DNA from: Chlamydiota bacterium
GTDB taxonomy: Bacteria; Chlamydiota; Chlamydiia; Chlamydiales; Rhabdochlamydiaceae
Assembly (NCBI GenBank): GCA_023269365.1
Contig: JAHFTN010000001.1
Location: forward strand, 1 to 33,864
DNA: 33,864 bases
Direction of reading: 5' to 3'
In this document: positions 19,404-27,171 of the stretch, piece by piece
How positions within the stretch are numbered: position 1 is the stretch's first letter
How the letters are laid out: each line of letters begins with the position of its first letter
Program-made: the position numbers and the translations under genes
Notes under the pieces: model-generated
The model's database searches: none
The model's input: the letters and a program-made list of their open reading frames with translations, nothing else
What the model was told of the DNA's origin: nothing

Positions 19404-20441
19404 ATGCGCAAGTTTTTACTTTCTTTTTTCTTGATGACGGCTTTTATTCACGCTGACTGGAACCGCAATTTTGACGAAAAAAGCGCTCTACTCATGCAAG
19501 AGCTCCCCGCTTTACAACACCCTGATTATATTCAGGAGTATGCTTTTTTTCAAAATGTGAGAGAAGCTCTGCTGAATAATCAAAAATGTGTCAGGGCAGT
19601 ACAGAGGGCAGCGCCGGAAAAAAAATTGCGTATCCAAGATAGAAACCTCTCTATAATTATAAAGAAGAGAAGAGGTAATCACATCCATGATATGTACCCT
19701 TGGGAGCTTTCTTACTTGTTAGGGGCTCATTCTACTATCCTCCCCTCTTTCCCGATGGAGTTAGGAGGAAAAATAATCATCCTACAAAGATTAGAGCCGT
19801 TTGCAACAGGGAAATGGGGTGGGGGGGGCTATCCAAAAGGGTTTTTAAGAAGAGTCTCCCTAGAGAATTACTGGAAAGCCCACCTACTGATCTACCTACT
19901 TGGGATTTCCGATCTGCCAGAAACCAATGTGGGAGTCAACTCAGAGGGGGTCATTCGGCTTTTTGACAATGAAGCGAGTTTGATTTATTACAACACCCCT
20001 TCTAAATCGGTGCGTTTTTTCTTTTCTGGATTTATCTGTCAGTCTTTTGATTGGCCTCAGTACGCCATGCCTTTACATGAAAAAACGGCAAATTGCTTAA
20101 TCGATTTTGTGGAAGGGTTCTCAGATTTTGAAGAAAATCTAAAAATTTATCTTAAATATCGCCCTGTGTCAGTGGCTCATGACGCTTTACAACATCGCTT
20201 GAATATCGTTAGGAGTTTTCCTTTTCGAGAAGGGGCTACATTTCGCGACTTCTTTGGATCTGTTTTCCCAAAAATGAGCCCTGGATTAGATGAGTTAAGT
20301 TGTATCATGAGTCAGATCTTAAAAAGAAAAGTCCATCACGGGTCTGCACTTTTCTTTGCATCCAAGACAGTAAAAAGTGCTGATTTGTCTCTTGAAGATA
20401 GGACTAAACTTCAGCAGTGGGTCAATACTTATATCGACTGA
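19404..20441 (+). CDS. Hypothetical exported protein with atypical-kinase-like motifs
   Basis: GAGGAG RBS; signal peptide MRKFLLSFFLMTAFIHA|D; IIIKKR and LLGISDLPETNVGV...IRLFDNE resemble the D-x4-N and Mg-binding D motifs of PI3/4K-, HipA- and CotH-like folds. Confidence 0.6.
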   Translation: MRKFLLSFFLMTAFIHADWNRNFDEKSALLMQELPALQHPDYIQEYAFFQNVREALLNNQKCVRAVQRAAPEKKLRIQDRNLSIIIKKRRGNHIHDMYPWELSYLLGAHSTILPSFPMELGGKIIILQRLEPFATGKWGGGGYPKGFLRRVSLENYWKAHLLIYLLGISDLPETNVGVNSEGVIRLFDNEASLIYYNTPSKSVRFFFSGFICQSFDWPQYAMPLHEKTANCLIDFVEGFSDFEENLKIYLKYRPVSVAHDALQHRLNIVRSFPFREGATFRDFFGSVFPKMSPGLDELSCIMSQILKRKVHHGSALFFASKTVKSADLSLEDRTKLQQWVNTYID

Positions 20442-20612
20442 GAGAATTGCAAAACTCCATTTGGGGTCAAAAAGCGCCCTTTTAACGCAGATTCGGATTT
20501 TAGCAGAAGCCACTGAGGCTCAACAGGTTACGTTGCCTCTACTAAAATTCGAACCTGCGCTATACCCGGCGCGGCTGACTAGTTCAGTTTGAGGGTTGTT
20601 TCTAAACATTGA
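20439..20612. repeat. Imperfect long palindrome (MITE-like or structured RNA) between convergent genes; outer limits approximate
   Basis: 20486-20510 cgcagattcggattttagcagaagc pairs with 20535-20559 (21/25 matches); outer gtca...gcgcc / ggcgc...tgac pairing. Confidence 0.65.
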
Positions 20613-20631
20613 CAACAGACCTTTTCTTATC

Positions 20632-22032
20632 TTAGGCAGGGGTTTTTACAGATTTAGAGTCACTTGTGGCATTGAGAGCTTTTACGAGGGGCTTGAGGGC
20701 AGATTCTGCTTTGGTGCGAGAGATATCCGCTCCAAGAGAGGAGAGTTTGTCCACAACTTTCTCGTAGCCCCTGTCTAAATATTGCAAGCCGCTGATTTGA
20801 CTCTCTTCAGGGGCAAGCAACGCTGCTAATACATAGGCAAACCCAGCGCGCAGATCGGGAATGGCGATATCTTTGCCTTGGAGGGGAGTGGGCCCTTTGA
20901 TCACGATGCTGTGGTGGAAATTTTGTGAAGCAAAACGGCATTCCTTGCCGCCCAAACACTGCGTAAAAGGTTCAATGTCAGCGCCCATCATCTTTAGAGT
21001 GTCAGTATAGCCGAAACGGTTTTCGTAGACAGTTTCATGGATGACAGAAGCGCCGCTCGATTGGGTGAGCAAAACGACAAAAGGCTGTTGCCAGTCAGTC
21101 ATAAAGCCGGGATGGACGCCGGTCTCGATGTGAAGACCCCCTTTGAGTTGCCCTTTGTAGAAAAATTCGATTCCCCCTTTTTTCACCTCGAATCCCGCAT
21201 TCACTTCGCGTAATTTATTTAAGAAGGTGATCATGTGGGAGTGTTCTGCTCCCTCGACAAAGACTCTCCCTTTTGTACTGATTCCGGCAAGGGCAAAAGA
21301 GGCCGCTTCAATCCGGTCGGTGATGACAGTGTGTTCCACATCATGAAAATGTAGCGCCTGTTGAATTCGGATGGTGCGATCGACATCGATCCCAATGGTT
21401 ACTCCCAATTTTTGCAAAAAAAGGATCAGATCGATGACTTCGGGCTCTGTAGCTGCATTTTTAATGACGGTGGTCCCCTTCGCGCGCACAGAGGCCAAAA
21501 TGGTATTCTCTGTAGCTCCCACAGAAGGATAGGGAAGGGTGATGATGGCCCCTTTAAGTCCCTGATGAGCCCTTGCGAAGTAGGCCCCTTCTTTTTTCAT
21601 CTCCCTGTATTCGATGTTAGCCCCGAGTTTTTCTAGAGCTACGATGTGAAAATCGATGGGGCGTTTGCCGATTTTGCATCCTCCGACTGTGGGGACGATG
21701 ATATCTTCATCGGTGCGCCCCAAAAGCGCTCCAATCATTAAAATAGGGATCCTGTTAGAGCCGGAAAAACGCTGAGGGACATAGGCAGTCTTAAGTTCTT
21801 TTGTCACAATTTCCAATACCCCAGAGTCTCGATCCCATTGAATGTGGGAGCCGATTTCTTTACATAAATCGACTGTGATTTCTACTTCTTCTATAGCAGG
21901 GACATTGTAGAAAATACACCGTTTGTCAGAGAGCAGGGAAGCGACTAAAAGCTTTGTGACTGCATTTTTTGCGCCAGCGGCTTTTACAGTGCCTTCTAAG
22001 GGTTTCCCCCCTTTAATTTTGAGAATGTCCAT
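20632..22032 (-). CDS. murA: UDP-N-acetylglucosamine 1-carboxyvinyltransferase
   Basis: GAKNA, GGCKIGKRPIDFH, PSVGATEN, DRIEA, HPGFMTD, DLRAG, LDRGYE. Confidence 0.97.
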   Translation of the reverse strand: MDILKIKGGKPLEGTVKAAGAKNAVTKLLVASLLSDKRCIFYNVPAIEEVEITVDLCKEIGSHIQWDRDSGVLEIVTKELKTAYVPQRFSGSNRIPILMIGALLGRTDEDIIVPTVGGCKIGKRPIDFHIVALEKLGANIEYREMKKEGAYFARAHQGLKGAIITLPYPSVGATENTILASVRAKGTTVIKNAATEPEVIDLILFLQKLGVTIGIDVDRTIRIQQALHFHDVEHTVITDRIEAASFALAGISTKGRVFVEGAEHSHMITFLNKLREVNAGFEVKKGGIEFFYKGQLKGGLHIETGVHPGFMTDWQQPFVVLLTQSSGASVIHETVYENRFGYTDTLKMMGADIEPFTQCLGGKECRFASQNFHHSIVIKGPTPLQGKDIAIPDLRAGFAYVLAALLAPEESQISGLQYLDRGYEKVVDKLSSLGADISRTKAESALKPLVKALNATSDSKSVKTPA

Positions 22033-22165
22033 GGATGTCCTGCTGAAGGGTTTAGTCTGATTTTTAGATCGAAAGAGCGATAATTGTAAACACTTTTTAG
22101 GATTTTATCACAGGTTTTATTTTACTGGGCTTTAGACGCGAAATTGCCGCTCTCCTCCCAATGGT

Positions 22166-22336
22166 CTCTGTACTGGACAATTTTTTCCTAGAAGACAAAA
22201 GCAGAAGAAAAATAACAAGATATTAGGATGGACAGGATAAAAAGCAAAAAAATAAATTTCCCCATCCTGTCCATCCTAATATCTTGTTATTTCTCTCCTC
22301 GATTTTTTTAGGCGAGAAGTTTTGTTCAGTACAGAG
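22166..22336. mobile_element. 171-bp non-autonomous MITE with IS4-like ends
   Basis: 15-bp TIRs ctctgtactggacaa / ttgttcagtacagag (14/15); 9-bp flanking direct repeats cccaatggt (22157-22165) and ctcaatggt (22337-22345); no ORF. Confidence 0.8.
22210..22292. repeat. Perfect 29-bp inverted repeat inside the MITE
   Basis: aaataacaagatattaggatggacaggat (22210-22238) / atcctgtccatcctaatatcttgttattt (22264-22292); 25-nt A-rich loop. Confidence 0.95.
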
Positions 22337-22407
22337 CTCAATGGTATAAAGTCCAGTCTTTGTAAAAAAAGGCATTCTTTTATAGAGTCAGTGAAGATTG
22401 AGGTGAT

Positions 22408-23514
22408 ATGGAAGCGAAAAAAATACGGCTAGGAATTTTATTTGGAGGAAAGTCCGCAGAGCATGAGATCTCGCTTCTTTCAGCGAAAAATGTCATCGCA
22501 CATCTAGATCGAGACAAATACGAGATCATTCTTATCGGCATCGATAAGAAAGGGCAGTGGCATCTTCGAGACCGCGCGAGTTTTTTACTCCACGCAGAGT
22601 GTGTTTCGAAGATTCAGCTGCATGATGCGGGGCATAGTGTGGCATTGGTGCCTCAAGGAAATCGAAAAGAACTCATGAGCTACTCTGGAAAAGAGTTTCA
22701 AGAAGCACTGTGTTTAGATGTGATTTTTCCTGTGTTGCACGGGACCTGCGGGGAAGATGGAACGATGCAAGGGTTGCTCAAGCTTGCAAATATCCCCTTT
22801 GTGGGGGCGGGGGTCTTGGGGTCTGCCGTGGGGATGGATAAAGACGTGATGAAACGCCTCCTTCGAGATGCTAAAATTCCCGTTGCGCGATTTCTTACGC
22901 TCCACGCTTACAACCAAGCGCAATTCCCTTTCGAAAAAGTGGTGGATGAAATTGGTCTTCCTTTTTTTGTTAAGCCAGCGAATGCCGGCTCTTCTGTAGG
23001 CATTGCAAAAGTAAAAGCTAAAGAAGACTTTGCAGCAGCTCTCAAAGAGGCATTTCAATACGACCGCAAGGTGCTTCTTGAAGAATATATCCAGGGAAGG
23101 GAGATAGAGTGTTGTGTGCTCGGCAATGATCATCCACGCGTCTCTTTGCCAGCAGAGGTGATCCCTCATCATGAGTTTTACTCTTATGAGGCAAAGTATC
23201 TAGATGCACAAGGTGCTACTTATCATATTCCTGCTGCGATCTCTCCTGAAGAGATCGCAAAGATGCAGTCTTTAGCCATTGAGACCTATCGAGTCCTTTG
23301 CTGCGAGGGGATGGCTAGAGTAGATTTTTTCCTTAAAGCAGATGGCACTTTTTTGGTAAATGAGATTAATACCCTACCTGGATTCAGAGAGTTAAGCGTC
23401 TATCCCAAGCTATGGGAAGCCAGCGGGCTCCCTTGTCCGGCTCTTTTGGACAGTCTCATTACACTCGCTTTTGAGCGGCATGCCAAAGAATCAGCTCTAA
23501 AAACCACTTTTTAA
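22408..23514 (+). CDS. ddl: D-alanine--D-alanine ligase
   Basis: GGKSAEHEIS, PVLHG..GEDG, MDKDVMK, VKPANAGSSVG, FYSYEAKY, NEINTLPG; GAGGTG RBS. Confidence 0.97.
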   Translation: MEAKKIRLGILFGGKSAEHEISLLSAKNVIAHLDRDKYEIILIGIDKKGQWHLRDRASFLLHAECVSKIQLHDAGHSVALVPQGNRKELMSYSGKEFQEALCLDVIFPVLHGTCGEDGTMQGLLKLANIPFVGAGVLGSAVGMDKDVMKRLLRDAKIPVARFLTLHAYNQAQFPFEKVVDEIGLPFFVKPANAGSSVGIAKVKAKEDFAAALKEAFQYDRKVLLEEYIQGREIECCVLGNDHPRVSLPAEVIPHHEFYSYEAKYLDAQGATYHIPAAISPEEIAKMQSLAIETYRVLCCEGMARVDFFLKADGTFLVNEINTLPGFRELSVYPKLWEASGLPCPALLDSLITLAFERHAKESALKTTF

Positions 23515-24174
23515 CTATGGAGCCTTACAAGCAACAAACAGTTGGTTGACAAAGGCTGTTGTTGCTCTTTGCCATTCTGAAGGGATAGGCTGTTGTTCTG
23601 CATATCCTAAGGGAGTTTTTGTAGGCAATCCTATGCTATGAGCAATTTTAGTGAGGTTTTTTCCAAAAGAAGACTTGTTAAATGCCGATTCAATTGTCAC
23701 ATCGTGGTATTCCAAAGCAACAAGCCCACCTAGAACGGAAGCGACTCCACATCCTAGGGCAGCTAAAGAGCCTGAGTGGCAAGCAGCTACAACGGTTGTA
23801 AGGCCGTAGTATGTTCCATAGGTTCCCGCAGCAATCAGGGTAGCAGGTAAAGACACAACGGTTCCTAGAACGGCCCCAGCAACCAACGTGCCTCCTAGTT
23901 TATACAGCAACAGCGCCCCCATTGCAGCAGCACAGGTGCGAAGAAGTGTTTTGATGAGTTTTGTTTCGTTGGGTAAGTCTGCATTGATTCCGACAGCATT
24001 GACTGCCTTTGCAAAAAAATCTTTTCCTATATTCTCTAATGCATTTGTAAAATCGGAAGCGGTGTTCACCTCAAAATAACCCCGCATAGCCCCTATGCTA
24101 TACACAATATCTCTTAGTGGTCGTGGGATAAAACCCGGTCTTAGTATAGATTGCAATCCACTTACTGCTGACAT
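23515..24174 (-). CDS. Orphan hydrophobic protein, Inc/type III effector-like
   Basis: GAGG RBS; no Sec signal; ~75-aa Gly/Ala-rich hydrophobic central block between hydrophilic ends. Confidence 0.55.
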   Translation of the reverse strand: MSAVSGLQSILRPGFIPRPLRDIVYSIGAMRGYFEVNTASDFTNALENIGKDFFAKAVNAVGINADLPNETKLIKTLLRTCAAAMGALLLYKLGGTLVAGAVLGTVVSLPATLIAAGTYGTYYGLTTVVAACHSGSLAALGCGVASVLGGLVALEYHDVTIESAFNKSSFGKNLTKIAHSIGLPTKTPLGYAEQQPIPSEWQRATTAFVNQLFVACKAP

Positions 24175-24278
24175 AGAAAACCTCTTGTTTTAATTAATGT
24201 TCTTGTAAAACGAATTTCTGTGTATTATACACGAAGTTAAAGTTTATGTCTCGTTTTATTTTTGTAATAATTAAATAT

Positions 24279-25430
24279 TTAATACACGTCTGCGAGATAG
24301 CGTTTAGAGGCGCGAAGAGCCTTTACATAAGCTTTGGCCCCTAGCTCATTCAAACCTGCCTCTTGCTTGACGAGGGTGTGTAGGGCATGGTCGACATCTT
24401 TGGCCATGTGGTGGGCGTCGCCGCAGACATAGAAGATGGCCCCCGATTCCAACCAGTGAAAGAGCTCTTTGGCATGCTCGAGCATTTTGTGCTGGACGTA
24501 GATTTTTTCTTGTTGGTCGCGAGAAAAGGCGAGATCGAGTTTCAGCTGACCCTTCTTTTTCCACCCTTCGATCTCCTCTTCGTATAAATAGTCAAAGGCG
24601 CGATTGCGCTCGCCAAAAAAGAGCCAATTTTTTCCAGGGGCCCTCCGCGCTATCCGCTCTTGTAAAAAGGCGCGGTAAGGAGCGATGCCCGTCCCAGGGC
24701 CAACGAGGATGATAGGTGTGGCGTCATCTGCCGGTAGGTGGAAATGGGTAGCAGGTTGGACGTAAGAGAGGAATGATGTTTCTCGTGGGATGGCAAGGGA
24801 GCATAAAAAATGACTGCCCACTCCATAGCGCTGCTCTCCTTGATGAGTAAAACTGAATAGAGCCACGGTAAGGTGAGCTTCCTCTTTGTACACAGAAGGG
24901 GAAGAGGCAACGGAATAAAAACGGGGGAGAATGGGTCCAAACTGGGAACATAGCTCTTGAAGGGGAACTGTGGTCTCTTGGTACTCCCTAAAAAGATCTA
25001 GCGGGTCATGGGAAGAGAGATATTGGATCAGTAGAGGTCGATTAGAGGGCTCGAGCAAGTGCCCCAAGCGATTTTTTTTATCATGAGAGGGCTCATACGC
25101 ATAAAAAAGCTTGAGAAATGAGGAAGTGAGCCTTGCCAAGTTGGCTTTGTGGGTAAGAAATTCTCGTAGAGAGAGGTTTTTGCCACTTCTGGGATCTGTA
25201 ATCATCTCATTTCCCCTCCCTCGCATTGCATTGATGAGATGGTCGATGAGGAGCGGGTCGTTTTGTGGGTAGATGGCAATCGAGTCTCCTGGCTGAAATG
25301 TCAGGGGATTTTGTGTAAGGTCTAAAATGACGTGGAATGTCTGTTTGCTCGAGCCTTCTTTTGTGAGCAAATAGCGCTCTTTAATGGTGAGAGCGACGGA
25401 ATGGTGGCGGCTAACGGGAGAATTTTCCAT
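24279..25430 (-). CDS. cysJ: Sulfite reductase flavoprotein-like oxidoreductase (FAD/NADPH domains only)
   Basis: PRFYSVASS, GVGSHFL, VGPGTGIAPYR, LFFGER, AFSRDQ, YVCGDA, RYLADVY; no N-terminal flavodoxin domain. Start ATG 25430 or TTG 25442. Confidence 0.85.
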   Translation of the reverse strand: MENSPVSRHHSVALTIKERYLLTKEGSSKQTFHVILDLTQNPLTFQPGDSIAIYPQNDPLLIDHLINAMRGRGNEMITDPRSGKNLSLREFLTHKANLARLTSSFLKLFYAYEPSHDKKNRLGHLLEPSNRPLLIQYLSSHDPLDLFREYQETTVPLQELCSQFGPILPRFYSVASSPSVYKEEAHLTVALFSFTHQGEQRYGVGSHFLCSLAIPRETSFLSYVQPATHFHLPADDATPIILVGPGTGIAPYRAFLQERIARRAPGKNWLFFGERNRAFDYLYEEEIEGWKKKGQLKLDLAFSRDQQEKIYVQHKMLEHAKELFHWLESGAIFYVCGDAHHMAKDVDHALHTLVKQEAGLNELGAKAYVKALRASKRYLADVY

Positions 25431-25484
25431 AGACAGCAACAAGAGTAAATTTGTAAGATCAGGTTATATATTCAAAGTGGGTCT

Positions 25485-25622
25485 ATGCGCTTTTATTTCT
25501 TGTGCTCTACATTAACTCTATTGCTACTCTCTGCATGTACAGGAGGCGGCTATAGCCGTCCCTACATCATTTCAGAGGGAGCAGAAGAGGCTGTTGTAGA
25601 ACCTCCTGCAGGACACCGTTAG
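25485..25622 (+). CDS. Putative 45-aa lipoprotein (not in ORF track)
   Basis: Hand translation [17 protein letters not shown]|[28 protein letters not shown]; LSAC lipobox at Cys18; fills the cysJ-gltX gap. Confidence 0.65.
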   Translation: MRFYFLCSTLTLLLLSACTGGGYSRPYIISEGAEEAVVEPPAGHR

Positions 25623-27115
25623 AGCTCTTTGCACTCTTTTTTCTGCCAGCCCTTTGTCAGGGCGTCCATTTTTTTCTTTGAGATCCCGCCTAAGAATTCG
25701 ATGGCGTCGAGAAGGCGCGCACGTGTGCGGTCTTTGCCAAGCAAGTCGACAGAGTCGTAGAGGGGGAGCCCGTGTTTTTTTCCTGTGAGGGATCCGTATA
25801 GAAGGGGGATTGTCACTTTTTTCATCACAACATCGAAGCAATCAGAAACGGTGTGCACGGCCTTTTCTATTCCAGAGCGTTTCCAGTCTTCTTGTTCATC
25901 AAGACTCCAAATCACTGTTTGTAAGAGCTGTGCCATCCGTTCTTTAGATTGCCCTACGGGACAGAGCAGTTCGTCTGAAAGGGGGAGGTGGTTGACGAAG
26001 AAGAAGGAGGCCAGTTCCATGAATTCGCCAAACGTCTTCATGCGCGTATGACAAAGGGGCATCAGCCGTTTCATGAAAGTGTCATTGTAGAGCCAGCCTT
26101 TCATCCTTTCCCATAGCGCATCTGGGGAGAGGGTATTGATTAGATATTGTTGATTGATCCAGTCAAGTTTTTGCACATCGAAAAAGGCGCCAGAAACGCC
26201 GATCCGCTTGGGGTCGAATTCTTGAATGATTTCTTTTAGAGGGTAGATCTCTTTATCTCCCGGCATGCTGTAGCCCATGAGTGAGAGGAAATTGATAAAG
26301 GCCTCTCTGAGATAGCCACTATCTCGGTAATAAAAAATTGAGGTAGGATTGCGCCGCTTAGAGAGCTTTCTTCCATCTTTTCCCAAGAGCAGCGGCATGT
26401 GCATGAACACGGGGGGAGTCCATCCAAAACTCTCGTAGAGCATGAGGTGTTTGGGGGTAGAGCTGATCCATTCATCTCCTCGAATGACGTGAGAGATCTC
26501 CATCAGGTGGTCATCGACGAGATGAGCTAGGTGGTAGGTGGGAAATCCATCAGACTTCAAAAGCACCTGATCATCGATGTCAGCCCAAGGGTAAGAGATC
26601 CTTCCCTTGATTCCATCTTCAAAGACACACTCTCCTGTCAGAGGAACCTTTAGGCGGACGACGTAGGGCTGCCCCGCTTTTTCCCTCTCAGCCACTTCTT
26701 CCGGGCTTAAGTTGCGGTACCTGCGATCGTAGCCCACCTTTTGGTTGAGTTTAGACGCCATCTCTCGCATTTCAGAGAGCTCTTCTGCTGTGGCAAAGCA
26801 TTTATAGGCTTTTCCTTGGTCGAGGAGCAGTTGAGCGTGTTTGCGGTAGATCTCTGTGCGCTCAGATTGCCGATAAGGGGCAAAAGGGCCTCCCACGTCA
26901 GGCCCTTCGTCCCACTCGATCCCCGCCCAGCGTAGAGCCTCAAAGATGCTGGTCTCATATTCAGGGCGAGAGCGGGTCCTATCCGTATCTTCGATACGCA
27001 GGATGAACTTTCCCTTAAAGCGTCGCGCGAAAATAAGGTTAAATAGAGCGATGTAGGCGGTGCCTACGTGGGGGTCCCCGGTAGGGGAGGGAGCAATTCT
27101 AACGCGCACTGTCAT
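25619..27115 (-). CDS. gltX: Glutamate--tRNA ligase
   Basis: [40 protein letters not shown]. Confidence 0.98.
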   Translation of the reverse strand: MTVRVRIAPSPTGDPHVGTAYIALFNLIFARRFKGKFILRIEDTDRTRSRPEYETSIFEALRWAGIEWDEGPDVGGPFAPYRQSERTEIYRKHAQLLLDQGKAYKCFATAEELSEMREMASKLNQKVGYDRRYRNLSPEEVAEREKAGQPYVVRLKVPLTGECVFEDGIKGRISYPWADIDDQVLLKSDGFPTYHLAHLVDDHLMEISHVIRGDEWISSTPKHLMLYESFGWTPPVFMHMPLLLGKDGRKLSKRRNPTSIFYYRDSGYLREAFINFLSLMGYSMPGDKEIYPLKEIIQEFDPKRIGVSGAFFDVQKLDWINQQYLINTLSPDALWERMKGWLYNDTFMKRLMPLCHTRMKTFGEFMELASFFFVNHLPLSDELLCPVGQSKERMAQLLQTVIWSLDEQEDWKRSGIEKAVHTVSDCFDVVMKKVTIPLLYGSLTGKKHGLPLYDSVDLLGKDRTRARLLDAIEFLGGISKKKMDALTKGWQKKECKEL

Positions 27116-27171
27116 AGAAACCTGTTGAAAAAAAGACCCATTTTCTCAGGGCTGTGCTTAGAAAGCAAGGT

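Larger units (their letters stand above)
22124..22357. repeat. Decayed, inverted third copy of the 19169/19319 palindromic family, interrupted by a MITE
   Basis: Removing the MITE and one duplication leaves actgggctttag-acgcgaaattg...ccaatggtataaagtccagt, which matches the reverse complement of copy 2 (actgggctttag...tagatgcgaaatta...ccaatggttaaagtccaat). Confidence 0.75.

Noticed and set aside
20319-20778. Short ORFs over the 20439-20612 palindrome
   Set aside because: They overlap real genes and the repeat; no motifs.
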